Part shown: piece after piece, positions 12,158-26,122 of the stretch
Numbering within the stretch: the first letter of the stretch is position 1
Layout: the number at the start of each line of letters is the position of its first letter
Source: Phoronis australis
Taxonomy: Eukaryota > Animalia > Phoronida
Length of the DNA stretch: 64,000 nt
Assembly: GCA_002633005.1 (NCBI GenBank)
Contig: NMRA01000219.1
Coordinates: 495,037 to 559,036 of the forward strand
Direction of reading: 5' to 3'
Notes under the pieces: model-generated
What the model was told of the DNA's origin: nothing
Seen by the model: the letters and a program-made list of their open reading frames with translations, nothing else
The model's database searches: none
Translations under genes and position numbers: made by a program

Positions 12158-15100
12158 ACTTCCACGAATTAGTCAATTGACTAAAAGAACTATCAAGCTA
12201 GTCTCTGGATCTGTATATTTTGGGCACTTGATATTTCAGTGTTTGCGTAATAAAAACATATCTGGAAATTTCCAGCATTTTCGTGTAATTTTTAAAATAT
12301 TGTATGTCGAGTTTATATACATTTAAATCAGGAAACTATATGAGAATATACATCGTCTAATGTTTGAATTGTCCACTGTTTGTGATAAATTTACACATGA
12401 AGTGTCCAAATGGGAGCCGCATGCTCTTCATTTTTGTCACATACTACGAACCTAAAGATCCTGAAATATGCCACTTGCAGCAATTTTAACACATTGACCC
12501 TATATATTTGAAATTGCACAACGACCAACTAAACTCACGCAGCGAATCTGGGACCCGTTTTGTCGAAGAGCTAAATATTGCTACGGACCTAAATGTGATT
12601 GTCGTCGGTTCACAGTCAAGCTGAAAGCTCACCTTCATAAACATTTTACAAAAATAAATCGTTTTTTAACGATTCTTTTCGAAAGACCGAGTTATTGTAT
12701 CATCGATCAATCCACGCCGTTGGACGCAGAACACAGTTAAGTGAGCACTTGAAGGCAATGAGCAGAGTTTATATAGATGTTCATGTCCCATGCAGCGCCA
12801 CCTTAGAAAAACACTATTTTGGTTCATGATTTTGCGTGAAGCACTTTGTTTTATATTTAATGCGGTTGGTTAGTGTTGCTAATGACACGTGATAACAACG
12901 TGAACTGAACGCAGTTCACTGATTACTTCACCATGAAGTTAACGGCCTCTACTGATACTTAGAAGTCTGCGACTTAGGCTTGATATAAATATGCCACCGT
13001 GGTACTTTAAGAACACACCTCTATCTCATTGTTCTATTTCCACTAACTTCCATCACATGCCAGTGGATAAATTTAGGGACAGGTTAATTCTCGCAGACTA
13101 TCTTCAGGCATTTTTTCATCTTAGAGGACCCGAAATTTTTGATAAATTCTGGTTCCTGTACTAAAGCATGAATTGAAGATCCAAACAATGGTTCAAAGGC
13201 TGATCCAAGTCCATAAATCTTTTTTTTTTTTTGATAAGGGTGTTCGGTACAGTTTTAATTCATAGTTTAAATTACTTTAAACTTTCTTTTGTATTTCAGT
13301 CTTTGTCGACCACAAATTAGCAAAAAGTGTGGTGTCCGTTACAGCGGACAAAATAAAAGCACATCTGACAAAAATATGGAATTTATGTGGGTTTCTGAAA
13401 ATTCGCCTCTAATTCAATTAATGATTCAAATCTTTTTGAAAACAGATCATTTTCATTGAACGATGTCAGTTTTATGTTTTACGGATTTCTTTATATTTTG
13501 CGATTTACCGATTTTCTTACGTCGTTGTAAGTAAACGTTTTCTTTCTGGATTTTGAGTTCCTCAAATTTTAACGTTTTTGATTCTACAGAAAAAGGTAAA
13601 CCATTAATTCTTTTTCTTTTTTGTTTTATATTGATGGCCATCTTGTTTTCCTTGAAATAAAAAATTAGGGAGTCACCGACTTCTTATTAGAACGATTTTA
13701 GCTAACACAGTGTCATGTAAGAATTTGAACAGTTTCAAGATAAAGATTATCTCTCGCATTTCACTTGATGGCAGTTATGTTATGATAGAATTCTGAATAT
13801 CAGCTAAGTAGATGTGAACATTCTCAGACAACAAGTTTCTTCTAGATTCAAAATTGATTGATGGTTGCACTTGGGTTTGCCTATTACTTAGTGTGACGTC
13901 ACTGTGAAATTTGAGGTCGCGCTCTATTATCAAAGCTCCAAAGTAACAAAAACTCAACACAAAATCAACATTTTAGAATTTAATAAATATAATATTTTAT
14001 TTGAAATGGAAAATCATACTAATGTTCTAAGTTGTCGTTGTCGTAAACCAACTACTGCTTTACCGCATTTGGCAAACTGGCTCGAACCTGCATTTAAAAG
14101 AACATTTACTGAAGTATTAACTGGGTAGAGTTTAGTAACGATAGGACCTACGCTAGGGCTTCGCTAACATCTAGCCAAAATCACGTGTTCTCATTGAAAA
14201 TACACGACAATATCTCTCGTAATCTTGCGAAGTCTTGCTTTTTAGCGAGGATCTAGCGTTGCTGAACTCGGAGCTTTTTTGAACGCGTTCAGATAGTTCT
14301 TCCCCAGTCCAGGTGACTCGACAGGAAACAAAGCGCCGGGACAGCACGAGCGAACCAATTTGAACAGCGCCACAGCCGGGGTCAGAATCCACGAACTTTG
14401 CTGTCCTCAGTTACTTGAATTTATATTTTGCTTTTGTCTGTGAGTACATTGCTTTTTTATAAAACCGCACTTCTCACCAAGGACAACGCACTCTCGCGAC
14501 AATATCGAAAAATTAATAGGGGTCTCAGGAGTAACCTGGTCCACGAATATTGTTAGAGAATGCGAGAACGCGCGCGCACAGCTTTTGGACGTTTTTGTAA
14601 CAGGGTCAAAGTTCATGATTCGTTTCGATGTATAACACACAAAAAATGATTGAATGTGAATTTTAGCTCTGGTCCAGTAATTTTAATAATGAGACAGAAA
14701 ATTGACTCTTGTATCCAAAGATGCGTTCAAACCAATTGCTAGCTTTTTAGCACTAGTCAATGACTCAGTTACCACATAACCTTGAAAACTAAAGAAAAAT
14801 CGGAGTTCCAGTCTTCGCAGTTTGAGCTTGAGACAGAATATTCTTATTTTCAACAGGCAACACGTCTACCCCCATAGAACACCAACTGGGTGTTACCTGG
14901 TTGCGTTCCGTAGACGCAAGAAACTCGCGAAAAGCAAAATCAAGCATGTCTTCGGGAGATATTGCCAAGTGTTTGAATCCCGTGTTCACAGGCGGATTGT
15001 CGTGAGTATGTAGCGGTTACTGTATTACTATTAGTTTTTAAACAGGGAGTGAATGTGTTTGAATGTAACGAACATCTCCACTGGGAACCACCGTCAAATA

Positions 15101-15518
15101 CACTTTAGACCCCGGCGTCTGACGTTTCCATGTGTTAACGGGATCCATATCCATTTTTACGTAAGTTGTCCTTTTTAATGAATCCACTGGCTAATATTTA
15201 TTGTTCGTTTCCGCTACACCGTGATTCTCTCCCAGGAAATAATTCCAAAAACTTGTCGCAATATCAATGAAATGATAATAAATCGTTAATGAGGTTTCCC
15301 TACCTAAATGTTATTCTTGACTAATAAGACAGTCGATAAACCGAATGTGCTTGCACAAGCTTATGCAGGGCTTAAGCCTAATTCGTAATTACATTTAGTT
15401 CCAAAGCAATCAAACGTCGCCATGAGACGAAGGATCGATACCACGTGTTCAATTCCGGTTACGGACAACCAAAGCCCGGCATTGAAATAGACCTGGATGC
15501 TGGAACGTCGGGATGTGC

Positions 15519-15661
15519 TTTTAAATACGCACTTTATTCGAATCGATCAGTGTAGTTGTGTATAAGTCTACATTGTGTAAATTTGGGTTCTGCATTTACA
15601 CTGTTGAGATACGACGAGTGTCTAAGCAAACTGGAGATTGATCAAGGATTGCCGGATGTTT
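15519..15661 (+). promoter_or_regulatory. Candidate core promoter plus first non-coding exon
   Basis: TTTTAAATA at 15519, Inr-like TCAGT at 15547 (about 30 bp downstream), strong GTAAGT donor at 15662. Confidence 0.3.
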
Positions 15662-17763
15662 GTAAGTGAAACTTGCTTGTTTTCGTAATACAAAAAGTTA
15701 GTTTGTCGTTCAGCAAACGAGCGCGCGATCGCTTACTTGTACGTCAAAGTATCCGAAATTTCAATTTACATTCATTGGGGCTAAACTACTCTGTAAACAA
15801 ACCGTATAGACACTTATTCTCAAAAATTTACAAAACGCGCCGAACAGCCCGAAATCACTCGAATTGAGAAGTTTACTAAATTCTATTGCCGTGCTAGATT
15901 TTGCAATATAGGAGTGCGGTAATTTGTATAGGCTCTACAGCCGTGTTAAGACCCTGCTTGGCAATTTTGTGACCCCCATATCGTTATATTTTCGCGCGTA
16001 ATATGCCCAAGTTAGGAGACAAAAATTTTACGAAATCTAGACGTTCTGGATCGTTTCATATCCTATGTATTACCATGAAAATTGTTTCTTGTAATTTTGA
16101 TATCTGTCAGAAATGATCCTCCTTACATTGTTATGCCTCCATGATGGTTTCGATTTGTATTATTCATAAGGTGAAATAAACAGTTAAAAATAAAAAAGAA
16201 TCACGGCGAAGGTCCACTTAAAGCCAGCAATGCGAGAAATGCTGTCCGGACTTTGACATGAAATAAAATTGCTCATCACGGTTATTTATAACCACCATGG
16301 TGGTTAAGGAGCCAAAGGAGTAAATGAGATGATATTGTACTAAAACAGCGTGGAATTGGAGAGGGGGTCATTTTATTTGTTTTCGTTTGAGGATAGATCT
16401 AGAATTGAACTGAACATAAGTCAAATGAATAATACTTCCGAAAATTTCAAAATAGTTCCAGATACATCAAATTCAATGGGAGATCGAGCTTCACCAGATG
16501 GCGCTTGTGACGCAGATTCCACCTGTATAAATGCATGCATTCAGGTAGTTATGCGAGAGACCTTTGCTGGAGACGACTTCTATTGATTTCAGTCTTCATC
16601 GACCATTCTCAGGCCTTTTGATTTTCCCCACAGATTTGAGAGAGTGACTCAATTTACAGGACAGTTTACGATCTACGATTGACGGGTGAGTTTCTCGTAC
16701 TTTTTATTTCCCTCTCACAACGAAAATATCGGCACTCAATGGGGATTCTGAAAATGTTTACCTTTATGTGGAAAACGGCGAATAGTTAAACCGTTGTTTT
16801 GTGAAACGAGAAAGGGCCTCAAGGAGGTTGACAATCGCCTTAAACTCTACATACAGGTAAAAACAAATAAGTTATATTCGATCAAAACAGCCTTTTAGAC
16901 TACTTATTGTCTTCAAGAGTGACTTCGAAAATATGTTTATGGAAATGATTGACTGTATAATAACCCAACCCTCATTCCCTTCCTCTTTGCTGTTTTGACG
17001 CATTATTCTTTTTGTCAATTATTATTTACTTAGTGACATTTCTTACACAGTCTCAACATGTGTAGACGTAATGCTACCATTATTGGTCTGATCGCGTTTA
17101 TTGCATGTAAAAAATCATGTAATTTAAATAACACAAACGCTAAATTGTCTCCTACGCACATAGTTTCGTATATTTCATTGAGCGTTTGCTCGCTGTGCTT
17201 CGATTAAAGAAAAGTAAATTGGACATCAGAAGAATAGGGAGATCCATTGTTTGCTGTAAAGGCGAAATTCCATACTTTAATTGCGCCTTTCACTTACAAA
17301 ATCAATTCCTTTTTGTGCGACACGCATGAATGGATAAATCAATTGCAGTTTTCTCGAATGGTCTCCAACTGGGTATTAAACATACGACGGCTAATGTAAC
17401 AATTATTATATTTTCCGTTGAGATTGGTGACAACTTTAACTACATTGGTAATAATTATTACATTGTGTTCAAAATCACTCGCGAATTCAGATTTCCACAT
17501 TATGTGGTAGACACAAATGTAAGGATTGTGACATTTGCGTTTCAAAAAGACAAATCGATCGTAAAATACATTGCATTTGCTAAAAAGCTGAGCAAAACTT
17601 ATTGTCGAAAATTCTTTATTTCTGATTGTAGTCAAGCGTTCTCTTTGGCCAGTCCTCAAGTGCCAATTTACCTTTCACAATTTATCCGTGTATGCGTGCG
17701 GGCGTGTGCGTGTGCAAGTGTGCGTTCGTGCGAGTGTGCGTGTGCGTGCGCTTGTTTGTATAT

Positions 17764-17836
17764 ATTATTGGTGGAATTACCAGAGATTATTGAAATTATG
17801 TAATTTCAATAATCTCTGGTAATTCCGACAATAATA
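17764..17836. repeat. Short palindrome/hairpin
   Basis: GGAATTACCAGAGATTATTGAAATTA pairs with TAATTTCAATAATCTCTGGTAATTCC. Confidence 0.85.
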
Positions 17837-18121
17837 CAAAGTGCATTCATCTAAGCTTTGACATTCAAAAACAGGAGTAAAAATTTTGGGATATTACTCA
17901 TCTCCTTATCTCTTTATTTCACGATCGTATTGAAAACATTTATGGCAATTTGAACTAGGAAAAGAAATTGTATGTCAGGGGACAATCTATCCTCGCTAGC
18001 AACAACATGACGTTGCATCTCAGTCATCAAAAAACGTTCCACGTGTGTTCGGTGCATCTTTTCTGAGCAGGCAGTAGAGTCCTCACACTAAAGGTTTGAT
18101 TCCAACAATCTGTGACTATTT

Positions 18122-18172
18122 AGCAGTAGTAGTAGTAGTAGTAGTAATAGTTGTAATAGTACTAGTAATAGT

Positions 18173-18261
<89 letters not shown>

Positions 18262-18272
18262 CAGTAGTTGTT
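18122..18272. repeat. Compound (GTA)n/(GCA)n microsatellite
   Basis: Seen directly; it explains the poly-Ala and poly-Leu ORFs. Confidence 0.95.
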
Positions 18273-21200
18273 GTCTCAAACTGGAAGGCTAAAGCAAACT
18301 CTAACATATCTACTATTTTGTGTTTTCATTGATTTAAATCAATATTTTAACCTATTCCTAGCCTTCCTGTAGGTGTCGCATTAACCGCATTTCTACCGGC
18401 AAGCAACAAAATATTATAAAACATGCTATGAAATCTCGTCACAAGCATAGTTGAATTAAAATTTCTCGATAAATTATGTACTTCCATGATAATTTACTCG
18501 TAATTGTGAATATTTCCTTTTTTAGTAGTTTTATGACAGCTTGAAATTTACTATCACACTGAGATTGGATTCTACGGGAAAATGATCTGTGAAATACGTG
18601 ACAGTGGAGATTCATTTACAACTATATAGTCAGCCACACTACACTCATTGGTTTCCACTAGTGCGAAATGACCGATGCCCTCATTGTCTTCACGACCATT
18701 AATCTAGATACAATACCTCAGTACCATAATCATTAAAAAGACTGTTCTTTGACATCCGAGGTGTAGTAAAGCCATCAATAATCATATTCCAGTTTCAAAA
18801 GTAACTCTACCCTACGCGAACCTGTTGTTAAGTTCTGCCATCAAACTCCGACGTAATTATGTTGAAGGAAAATGTTTTTCTATAATGTCACGAGATCGGC
18901 CGGTTTATTCAAACTGGCAGCAAAAAATTCCTTGCCGACAAAAATGAATTGAGTGGTCACCTGCGATTGATAGGAAGCGGTGGAAATTTTTATAGGTTAA
19001 TAACTTTAAGTGTTGAAACCGAAACTCTGTCAGTCACGCCCACCATAGTGAGTGCAGCGAAGTCCTACGGGGTGCCTTGGTGTTAGGAAAAACGTGTCTC
19101 GACGAAGTCACGTTTCCCGTAGCCACATGCGCTACCACCCACATATGTTCTACACGTTTTAGTTCAATTCACTATAGAAACTAATCGGTAAATTTGTGAA
19201 GCGTTGTGAAAGCGAATTCTCCTTTACTTTAAGTCTTCGTTTCTTCAGACGTGGAATCTGTTGCATGTTATCCCAGTTTGTTCTCCGTATATCGTTCATC
19301 CTTGCGTGTAGTAAAACTATTTTACGTGAACATTAGCAATCAATGTTTATGGGAANCCCGTTTACCATCAACAATCCCAGTAGCCTTTGCGCACCCTAAT
19401 TTCCGGACATGCGCAATCGTTAAATCGATTCGGTTGCAACTCCGCTATTGTAAGGGCCCTTGCGTGTAGTAAAACTATTTTACGTGAACATTAGCAATCA
19501 ATGTTTATGGGAAAAGATGGTGAACTGGCTCATGGTCCTGAGCCAGGATTGGCTGGAATGAACAGCTTGATTGACATCTGATCTCGGTATTGAAGGCATT
19601 TTGGCGCCCTATTATTTTCTTAAGGCCACCGGTCCATTACACCAAGTGCAAACCGCAATACATAACTGCCAAAGCATTGTAATTGAGCAAATGCGCAAAA
19701 TAATAACGCTCATTACAATACAATACTCCTCAGTTTGCAAAATCATATGTTTGGATTAATCGATGTGCGCCAACAACGGTAGTACACGTATTATGGTTGC
19801 TTAGTTATATTCGTTTTAAATTTTTAACATCTTAAATTTAATTGACTGGGCTCTAAAATGACAAAATGACGACACTGTAAGCAATTTATATGTACAATGG
19901 ATTTCTCGCGCAAACCATATTTTGGAATAAATCGAGGTATTTGGGAAATCCGGTCTCACATTGGGTCTTGGGAATGATCTCCATCGCATATAATTCCATT
20001 CAACCTTTAACAAACCACCTACAGTTTGCCTTAGCGAATAATACCGTCCCCGCGGATACTGGTTTTTGTAATTATGAAAATTACGCAAAAGCGCAGAGGA
20101 CTGAGATATGTACTTTTAGTTCCTCGGCACACAAGAACACACGTATAGTTCATTGACTTTCTGAGAATGCCTTAGTCGCCGACTGTTTCTTATCTGTGAC
20201 TCCAAGCCTCGACGTTTCAAAGTAATATCAACTCGCCAAATGGGACCCAGCAAAATTCCCAGGTCGCCAAACGGAAACTGAAGTGACCTAAACAAGGAAA
20301 CCATGCGCAAGAGTTTGCTAAAGTCCTGTCCCCTAATTTTGGATTTCGCCCTGTTTATCCGACTAAAAACAAAAATAGAATCGGGCCTTTTACTCTAATA
20401 AAATCGGCCTCCTAATATCCCTTACAGTTATAGGATTCTATTTATCGACAAGAACATCCAAATCATCAGCTACTCACGAAAACGCTTCAGAGTTTACTGG
20501 GGTTGGCCAATCCTAAAATTGTGAACTCGTGGCTAGTGGGACTCGTTCTTATTCCATGCGCGCACCCAGCCTAAAATAAAAGGGGGCTCGAATTTTTCAA
20601 TATGCGGACCTTTTACTGAAAGACATCAACGAGGACTAAAAAATGGAGCCCACTGGGTTCAGGCCCACGAATTGTGCATTTGTGCATCCGCGCCGACTTC
20701 CCCTGGATTTAGTGGACTTTTGTCTCGTTTACCCAGACTTTTTGTTTCACTAAGGCGAACCTTTTTACCCAGGCTCGTTCTAGCCCCTCGAGCCCCCCCC
20801 CCCCCTGGGTGCGCCCATGTATACGTTATTTATGGAAATTTCTGTCTTGAAAATTTAAATAAGATAATTTGGTACAAAGTTATGTGTAAATAAAGATGTC
20901 CAGGTTGCACCATGAAGGGGTATCACAAGATTGAAAAGTCTGAAAAATGAAAAGTGTTTTGAAGGCCATTTTGGTTAAGTATAAGTCTTCCAGCATTGTT
21001 CTATAGTTTATGAAGATTTTCACAGTTTCCCCTTAAGACAGTCAGGGATAGGAAAGTAGCCCCGTTTATGTAGTCCCTGACTTCACAAATGTCGAGTACG
21101 CTGAAAAACCTTTTTACACCCATTTACAACGACTGTCCGTCCCACGATAAACTCTAATCAATTTTCTCACCCACTGGCAAATCTTTGATGTAATTGTCAG

Positions 21201-21559
21201 CGTTAGTCACCTGGGTGCCGCTCAATTGAAGATGACAGTCAGACAGTTATAACCTTGGTTTTGCCAACATTCAACGTCAGCTTAATTGTTTTCTACCAGC
21301 CTTATAAATACACCATTCCTTTCTTCGGTCACGGTAGGTGTCGTTGACTTCTTTGGTCGTTTTGGCAGAAAAGAAGATGGCTCTGTCTTCTTCGTACAAA
21401 CTAATTCTACAGTTTCATTGAGCAAAGCAAATCATTTACATGCAAAACAACAACGGGGCAAATATCGACCCCTGAGGAAAACCATGTCGCTCTGTCCATC
21501 ATCGTAACTTGACTACGATTACGTGAATAATCAGTAAACTAGTCGAGTTCGGCACCGCA

Positions 21560-21700
21560 CACGTCACAGTGCAGTGTAATCTATTGTGGTCTATAGTGTC
21601 AAAAGCTTTTTTGACCACGTTGAGAAAAATAACACCAGTAAGTTTGTAACAGTTCATGTTGTCCTGAAAGTAGTCAGCTGTATCAAGAAGAAAAGTCATT
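21560..21700 (-). pseudogene. LINE (L2/CR1-like) reverse transcriptase fragment
   Basis: Minus-strand translation LTGVIFLNVVKKAFDTIDHNRL resembles the non-LTR RT motif 'FLDLxKAFDTVDH'. Confidence 0.65.
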
Positions 21701-23796
21701 ATACATGGGAGGCGCACCATAGGGGGCTGGGGACTATAGCTCCCACTTTTTTCAGTGCTGCGCTGCCCGTGTTAATTATAGAGTCTACGGAGCGGAGAAG
21801 TCCAAATGTTCGCCACATAAAATGTTGGTGGATTATGTGTGCGCTCCTCATTCTAAAGTTTACATAACAGCAGGAATCACTGAGAGGTAATGATAGTTGT
21901 TTGCAAGATAGTTTTCGCACTCATTAAAAGAGGCGTCACTTTTTCCTTTTTCCAAGCGTCTGGTACGGACATTAAATAACAAAAAAAAATCCGCTGAAGT
22001 AGAAAAGGTGACGAAAAACAACTAGCTACTTGCAAATATTAGTTTAGTGTAAACCTTCTTCAAAATTTAAAAAAGCAATTCTCAGATTTCTCAATGGAAC
22101 ACAGTGAAAATTGCACTCTCTCTTCACAAATACTTCAAGTATTTTGACCTCACAGAAGAACTAAGCAACATTGCATTAATTAGCCAACCATTGAGCAAAT
22201 AAAATTGATATTTAGATAGTACTCAGTCGAACGAATAATAAGCATTTAAACCAAACAAATCAAAGGAGGTAAGAATGTTACTCTTTGAACTAAGCTCTTC
22301 TGAATGTTGATCGGCCTGAAATTGGGAGTGTCGTAGGATGATATAAAGCTCTCTTCGAAGCTTACTTACAAACTAAACGTTTTCAGTTTCAGCTAATCAA
22401 GCCTGTGTGCATATTTGACGTGTACGGCTACCAGCGATGTCTTCTAACACGCAACATAAATTTCGAAAGAGAAAAGGGTACAAGAGGTGTTCACATGCTG
22501 CCCGGTCAGAAGGCAAAAAAATCTCATTTAAATTCTAGTCAAACGTCTGGTCCACATTCTTATCATCCGCCTCAAAAATTACAGGGCCGATTTGTTTACT
22601 TACGGGAAAATGCCCACACTCCGATCCCGTAATTTGTGGTTTGTGTCTGTTCGCCCATGGTGAACGCACTAGATAGCCCAGAATATTGGCATTTCCAAAT
22701 GAACAATGCTATGCTCATTACTCGTAATTCGGCGAATATGATGACTCTGTGAAGGCTTAGTTTAAAGCGCCATTATTGGCTGGGAATTGAGTTAGAAACT
22801 ATCTCGTCGAATCCAAACGCTCTGTTGGCTAAGCTAAACCCCACAGCATTTTAAGCGTATTTAACTGATTTCATCGAATATCTGACAGACACTGGCGAGA
22901 ACTGGCGATTTGTAATTAAGTCACAAAAACACAACAGTTCATGTTTTATAGCCCTGGTAAATGTTAATTACGTCGGAAAGAATTTCTCATTCAACAATAA
23001 ACCCCAAACTTTTTTTTCGGCCTTAAAGTCGATAATGTCCCTAAAGTAAGAGTCGGATCCTCCTCATAAAACTTCCACATCTGAACACGGTATTCATATT
23101 TTGGTTCTCACCTTAAACAAGGAGACGACTTTCATTATAGGCAAGATGCCCAAGACCGTAGGAAGCGGGGGCCGAGGAGCACGTTCCCCCAATTATTTGT
23201 AGGCGCCAGGTTAAAACCATGTTGACCAGCATAGGTGTGGAGCCGGGGCACGGGGCACAGCGAGAACAAGCGAAACACAAGATGGAGAAGAGAAAAATTT
23301 TCAGAAAACGTTTGCTGCTACAGTGACCATTTAGGGCCTCTGGTCTGGGCATTTTTGTTTGATGGTCTATTTTCTACACCAGATTCTGGAGCCATTAAAA
23401 ACTTAGTCTTATTAATCATACTTAACCCGAAAAGTACTTCCTCTTTTCAAGAACAAATTGGTTGTGATTTTTCAATTCAAGAAGACACCGCATTTCTCCA
23501 TTTACCCCCCCTACGGCAAAGGTAAATAGTCATCTGTCACTCTCTTTCTTCCGTTTTTTTGAAATTGTATACCGCTTGATATAAATTGAGAACCTGACCG
23601 ATAGGGGTCCTGGTGATATCAACTGCTGTTCATTTCAAGTTTTTGAAGTTATATGATCCTTTCCAATTTAGGAGTTCGGCCCTTAGATGGAGTCGTTAAT
23701 GGCATTCACGGCCATTCTTTTCTTGTTGTCTATTGACGTCATTCCTTGGAATCGATGGTATCTCTTTCTATTTTTTTGTGAAATCGCACATGTTAA

Positions 23797-24758
23797 AGTG
23801 TACACAACATGTCTCTAGTACCTCAAAATAAATTTTATTATTATATCTTACTTGATTTCAGTGCCTTTAGTGCACAGCTCATAAAGAAACACGCAAAAAT
23901 TGAAAAAAATAATAATTATGTACAACGTCATGGGTTGAACCCAAGTCGTTCGCCATACCGTTCGGATCAGAGACAAAGTGTATAGAGTGAAGAGAATGCA
24001 AAGTAAATTTAGCGTCGAGAAGGTTCGTAGAGGGATCAAAAGATGTGTTTCCGGAGGCTGCAGCAACAGCAGCCAGGCGGAAAACGTCTCGGTGTTCCGA
24101 AGGACACCAAAGTTGCGCAGAAGTGGCATGACTTCGTGCGCCGAACGAGAGTGTGGGACGTCATCGTGGACCAAGCGATTCGGTCCGGGGCCACTCTGTG
24201 TTCTGCCCAATTTGAGGACTCGTGTTTCGACTCCAGTCACAGGAGACGATGAAGGCCTGGTTCAATAAAGGACAATATTTATCATTCAGAAACATCAGCT
24301 CTTAATTCAGGATCGTCTGTTGGATGACTGGGTTGACTCGCCGAGCCCGAGCGGGGCCGCTTCTCTCGCGGGAGGATCCAGTTCACAAGGCTCAAAGTAG
24401 AAAAGTACGCAGCCGGAAGCACATTAAACTTGTTTTCGCTTTCGTGCAACCCCATTTCCTCATCCTGGCCACCATTCTCATACGTTTCTTCATAGTATTC
24501 GTTCAATTCGTGCTCATAATCGTCGTCACTTTCAAATTCCCTGGTCTCCGCTATTGTTCAATGCTAGTCACTGATCTCTTGTGTTCAACCCATGACGTCA
24601 CATGGCGGGAAATGTGAAAATTGGCAAAATTGAAAGAAAAATCAAAATTTTGAGCTAATTACACAAAATAAACATGGGTTTAGCCAAATTTTACGTCATA
24701 CATTTAGTCTGTGGCCACCGGTAATTCAAAATGTGCAAAAATCCATGGTGTGTACTGT
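23797..24758 (+). mobile_element. Kolobok-like non-autonomous DNA transposon with decayed THAP domain
   Basis: TTAA flanks at 23793-96 and 24759-62. Imperfect TIR AGTGTACACAACATG / CATGGTGTGTACTGT. Frameshifted THAP remnant at ~24035-24230: CVSGGCSN...PKD...W...LCSAQF. Confidence 0.65.
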
Positions 24759-25286
24759 TTAAAAAGGTCACATTTTAGATGGTTACCCGGTGATGAAATT
24801 AACCTTCACACTTTTCAAGCCTTTCATAACAAGGTGTTCGTTTCAGATGAGGTCCTCACTTGCAGATGCGGTCAGGGGCAACTGCTCTTTTGCCACCTTT
24901 AAATCCGGCACTGCCAACTACTCATAAGGACAAGTAGATAAAATTTCGAATTTCTCGAAAGATTACAGAACATGCCAAGCCCAGCAGCATCACAAAATGT
25001 GGCCCAAGCGAAAAGTGTGAGATTGTATTAAAGAAAAAACAATTATTTAATCGACCACCATCAAAAGGATGGAAATTTCAAGAACTTCAAGACCACACGT
25101 TGTGAATCAAAAAAATCTATTAATAAAAAATATTCTCGATGGTTTCATAGCGATGAAATATTGACACCTCTTTCCAACGAATTCCAAATAGAATTTCTTT
25201 TGATGACCGTTATTAGGAAAAAAGTGTCGGTGTAGAGGTGGTTATTCGTAAGCGACTCACACATGTCGAACATACTGTGGAGTTAG

Positions 25287-25670
25287 ATTGTTACATCTCT
25301 AACAGTGTGTGTACATTGTTACATCTATAACAGTGTGTGTACATTGTTACATCTATAACAGTGTGTGTACATTGTTACATCTATAACAGTGTGTGTACAT
25401 TGTTACATCTCTAACAGTGTGTGTACATTGTTACATCTCTAACAGTGTGTGTACATTGTTACATCTCTAACAGTGTGTGTACATTGTTACATCTCTAACA
25501 GTGTGTGTACATTGTTACATCTATAACAGTGTGTGTACATTGGTACATCTCTAACAGTGTGTGTACATTGTTACATCTCTAACAGTGTGTGTACATTGTT
25601 ACATCTATAACAGTGTGTGTACATTGTTACATCTCAAACAGTGTGTGTACATTGTTACACCCCTAACAGT
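25287..25670. repeat. Minisatellite, 28-bp unit, ~13.5 copies
   Basis: Unit GTACATTGTTACATCT(C/A)TAACAGTGTGT repeated head to tail without spacers. Confidence 0.95.
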
Positions 25671-26032
25671 TTACGGTGCTCAAAGTATATGTACTGGCAA
25701 TCGTAAACATATTTTTTTCGTAACAGACTACCACTGGAATGAATCAGAATTCACGTTAGCACGACTTAATTCCAAATATTTCTTGGGGGAGGGTTCCTAA
25801 ACCTTCATGGAATGTCTCGTTTTCTATGCGCTCCCAGTTGCCCCTCAATTGGGCTTCTGCGTGCATGTCCTCGGAAGTTAGCCACTAGATTGTCGCATCT
25901 ACTGAGCGAACGTCACCTTTATTGAGAAGTATTTTGCCTCCCGGGAACGTGTCTCAGTCGCCTCAATCTCACTGCATATGTAAAAACCCGGTTTCAAACC
26001 TAATCTCTACAGCATTTTTATTGATAATGGTG

Positions 26033-26122
26033 TGATATAGCGTGCCCGAATTTTGAGAACCAGTTTTCTCCACTAAATAACGGGCGTCAAACTGGTTCTC
26101 AAAATACGGGCACGTTACATCA
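26033..26122. repeat. Small inverted repeat (MITE-like hairpin)
   Basis: CGTGCCCGAATTTTGAGAACCAGTTT pairs with AAACTGGTTCTCAAAATACGGGCACG. Confidence 0.8.

Noticed and set aside
17330-17803. 157-aa ORF
   Set aside because: AT-rich sequence running into a (GT/GC) dinucleotide tract and a palindrome; no protein-like features.
18088-18332. Poly-Leu and poly-Ala ORFs
   Set aside because: They are translations of a trinucleotide microsatellite.
25287-25670. 28-bp repeat array as a possible CRISPR
   Set aside because: The units are contiguous with no unique spacers, there are no cas genes and the context is eukaryotic; it is a minisatellite.
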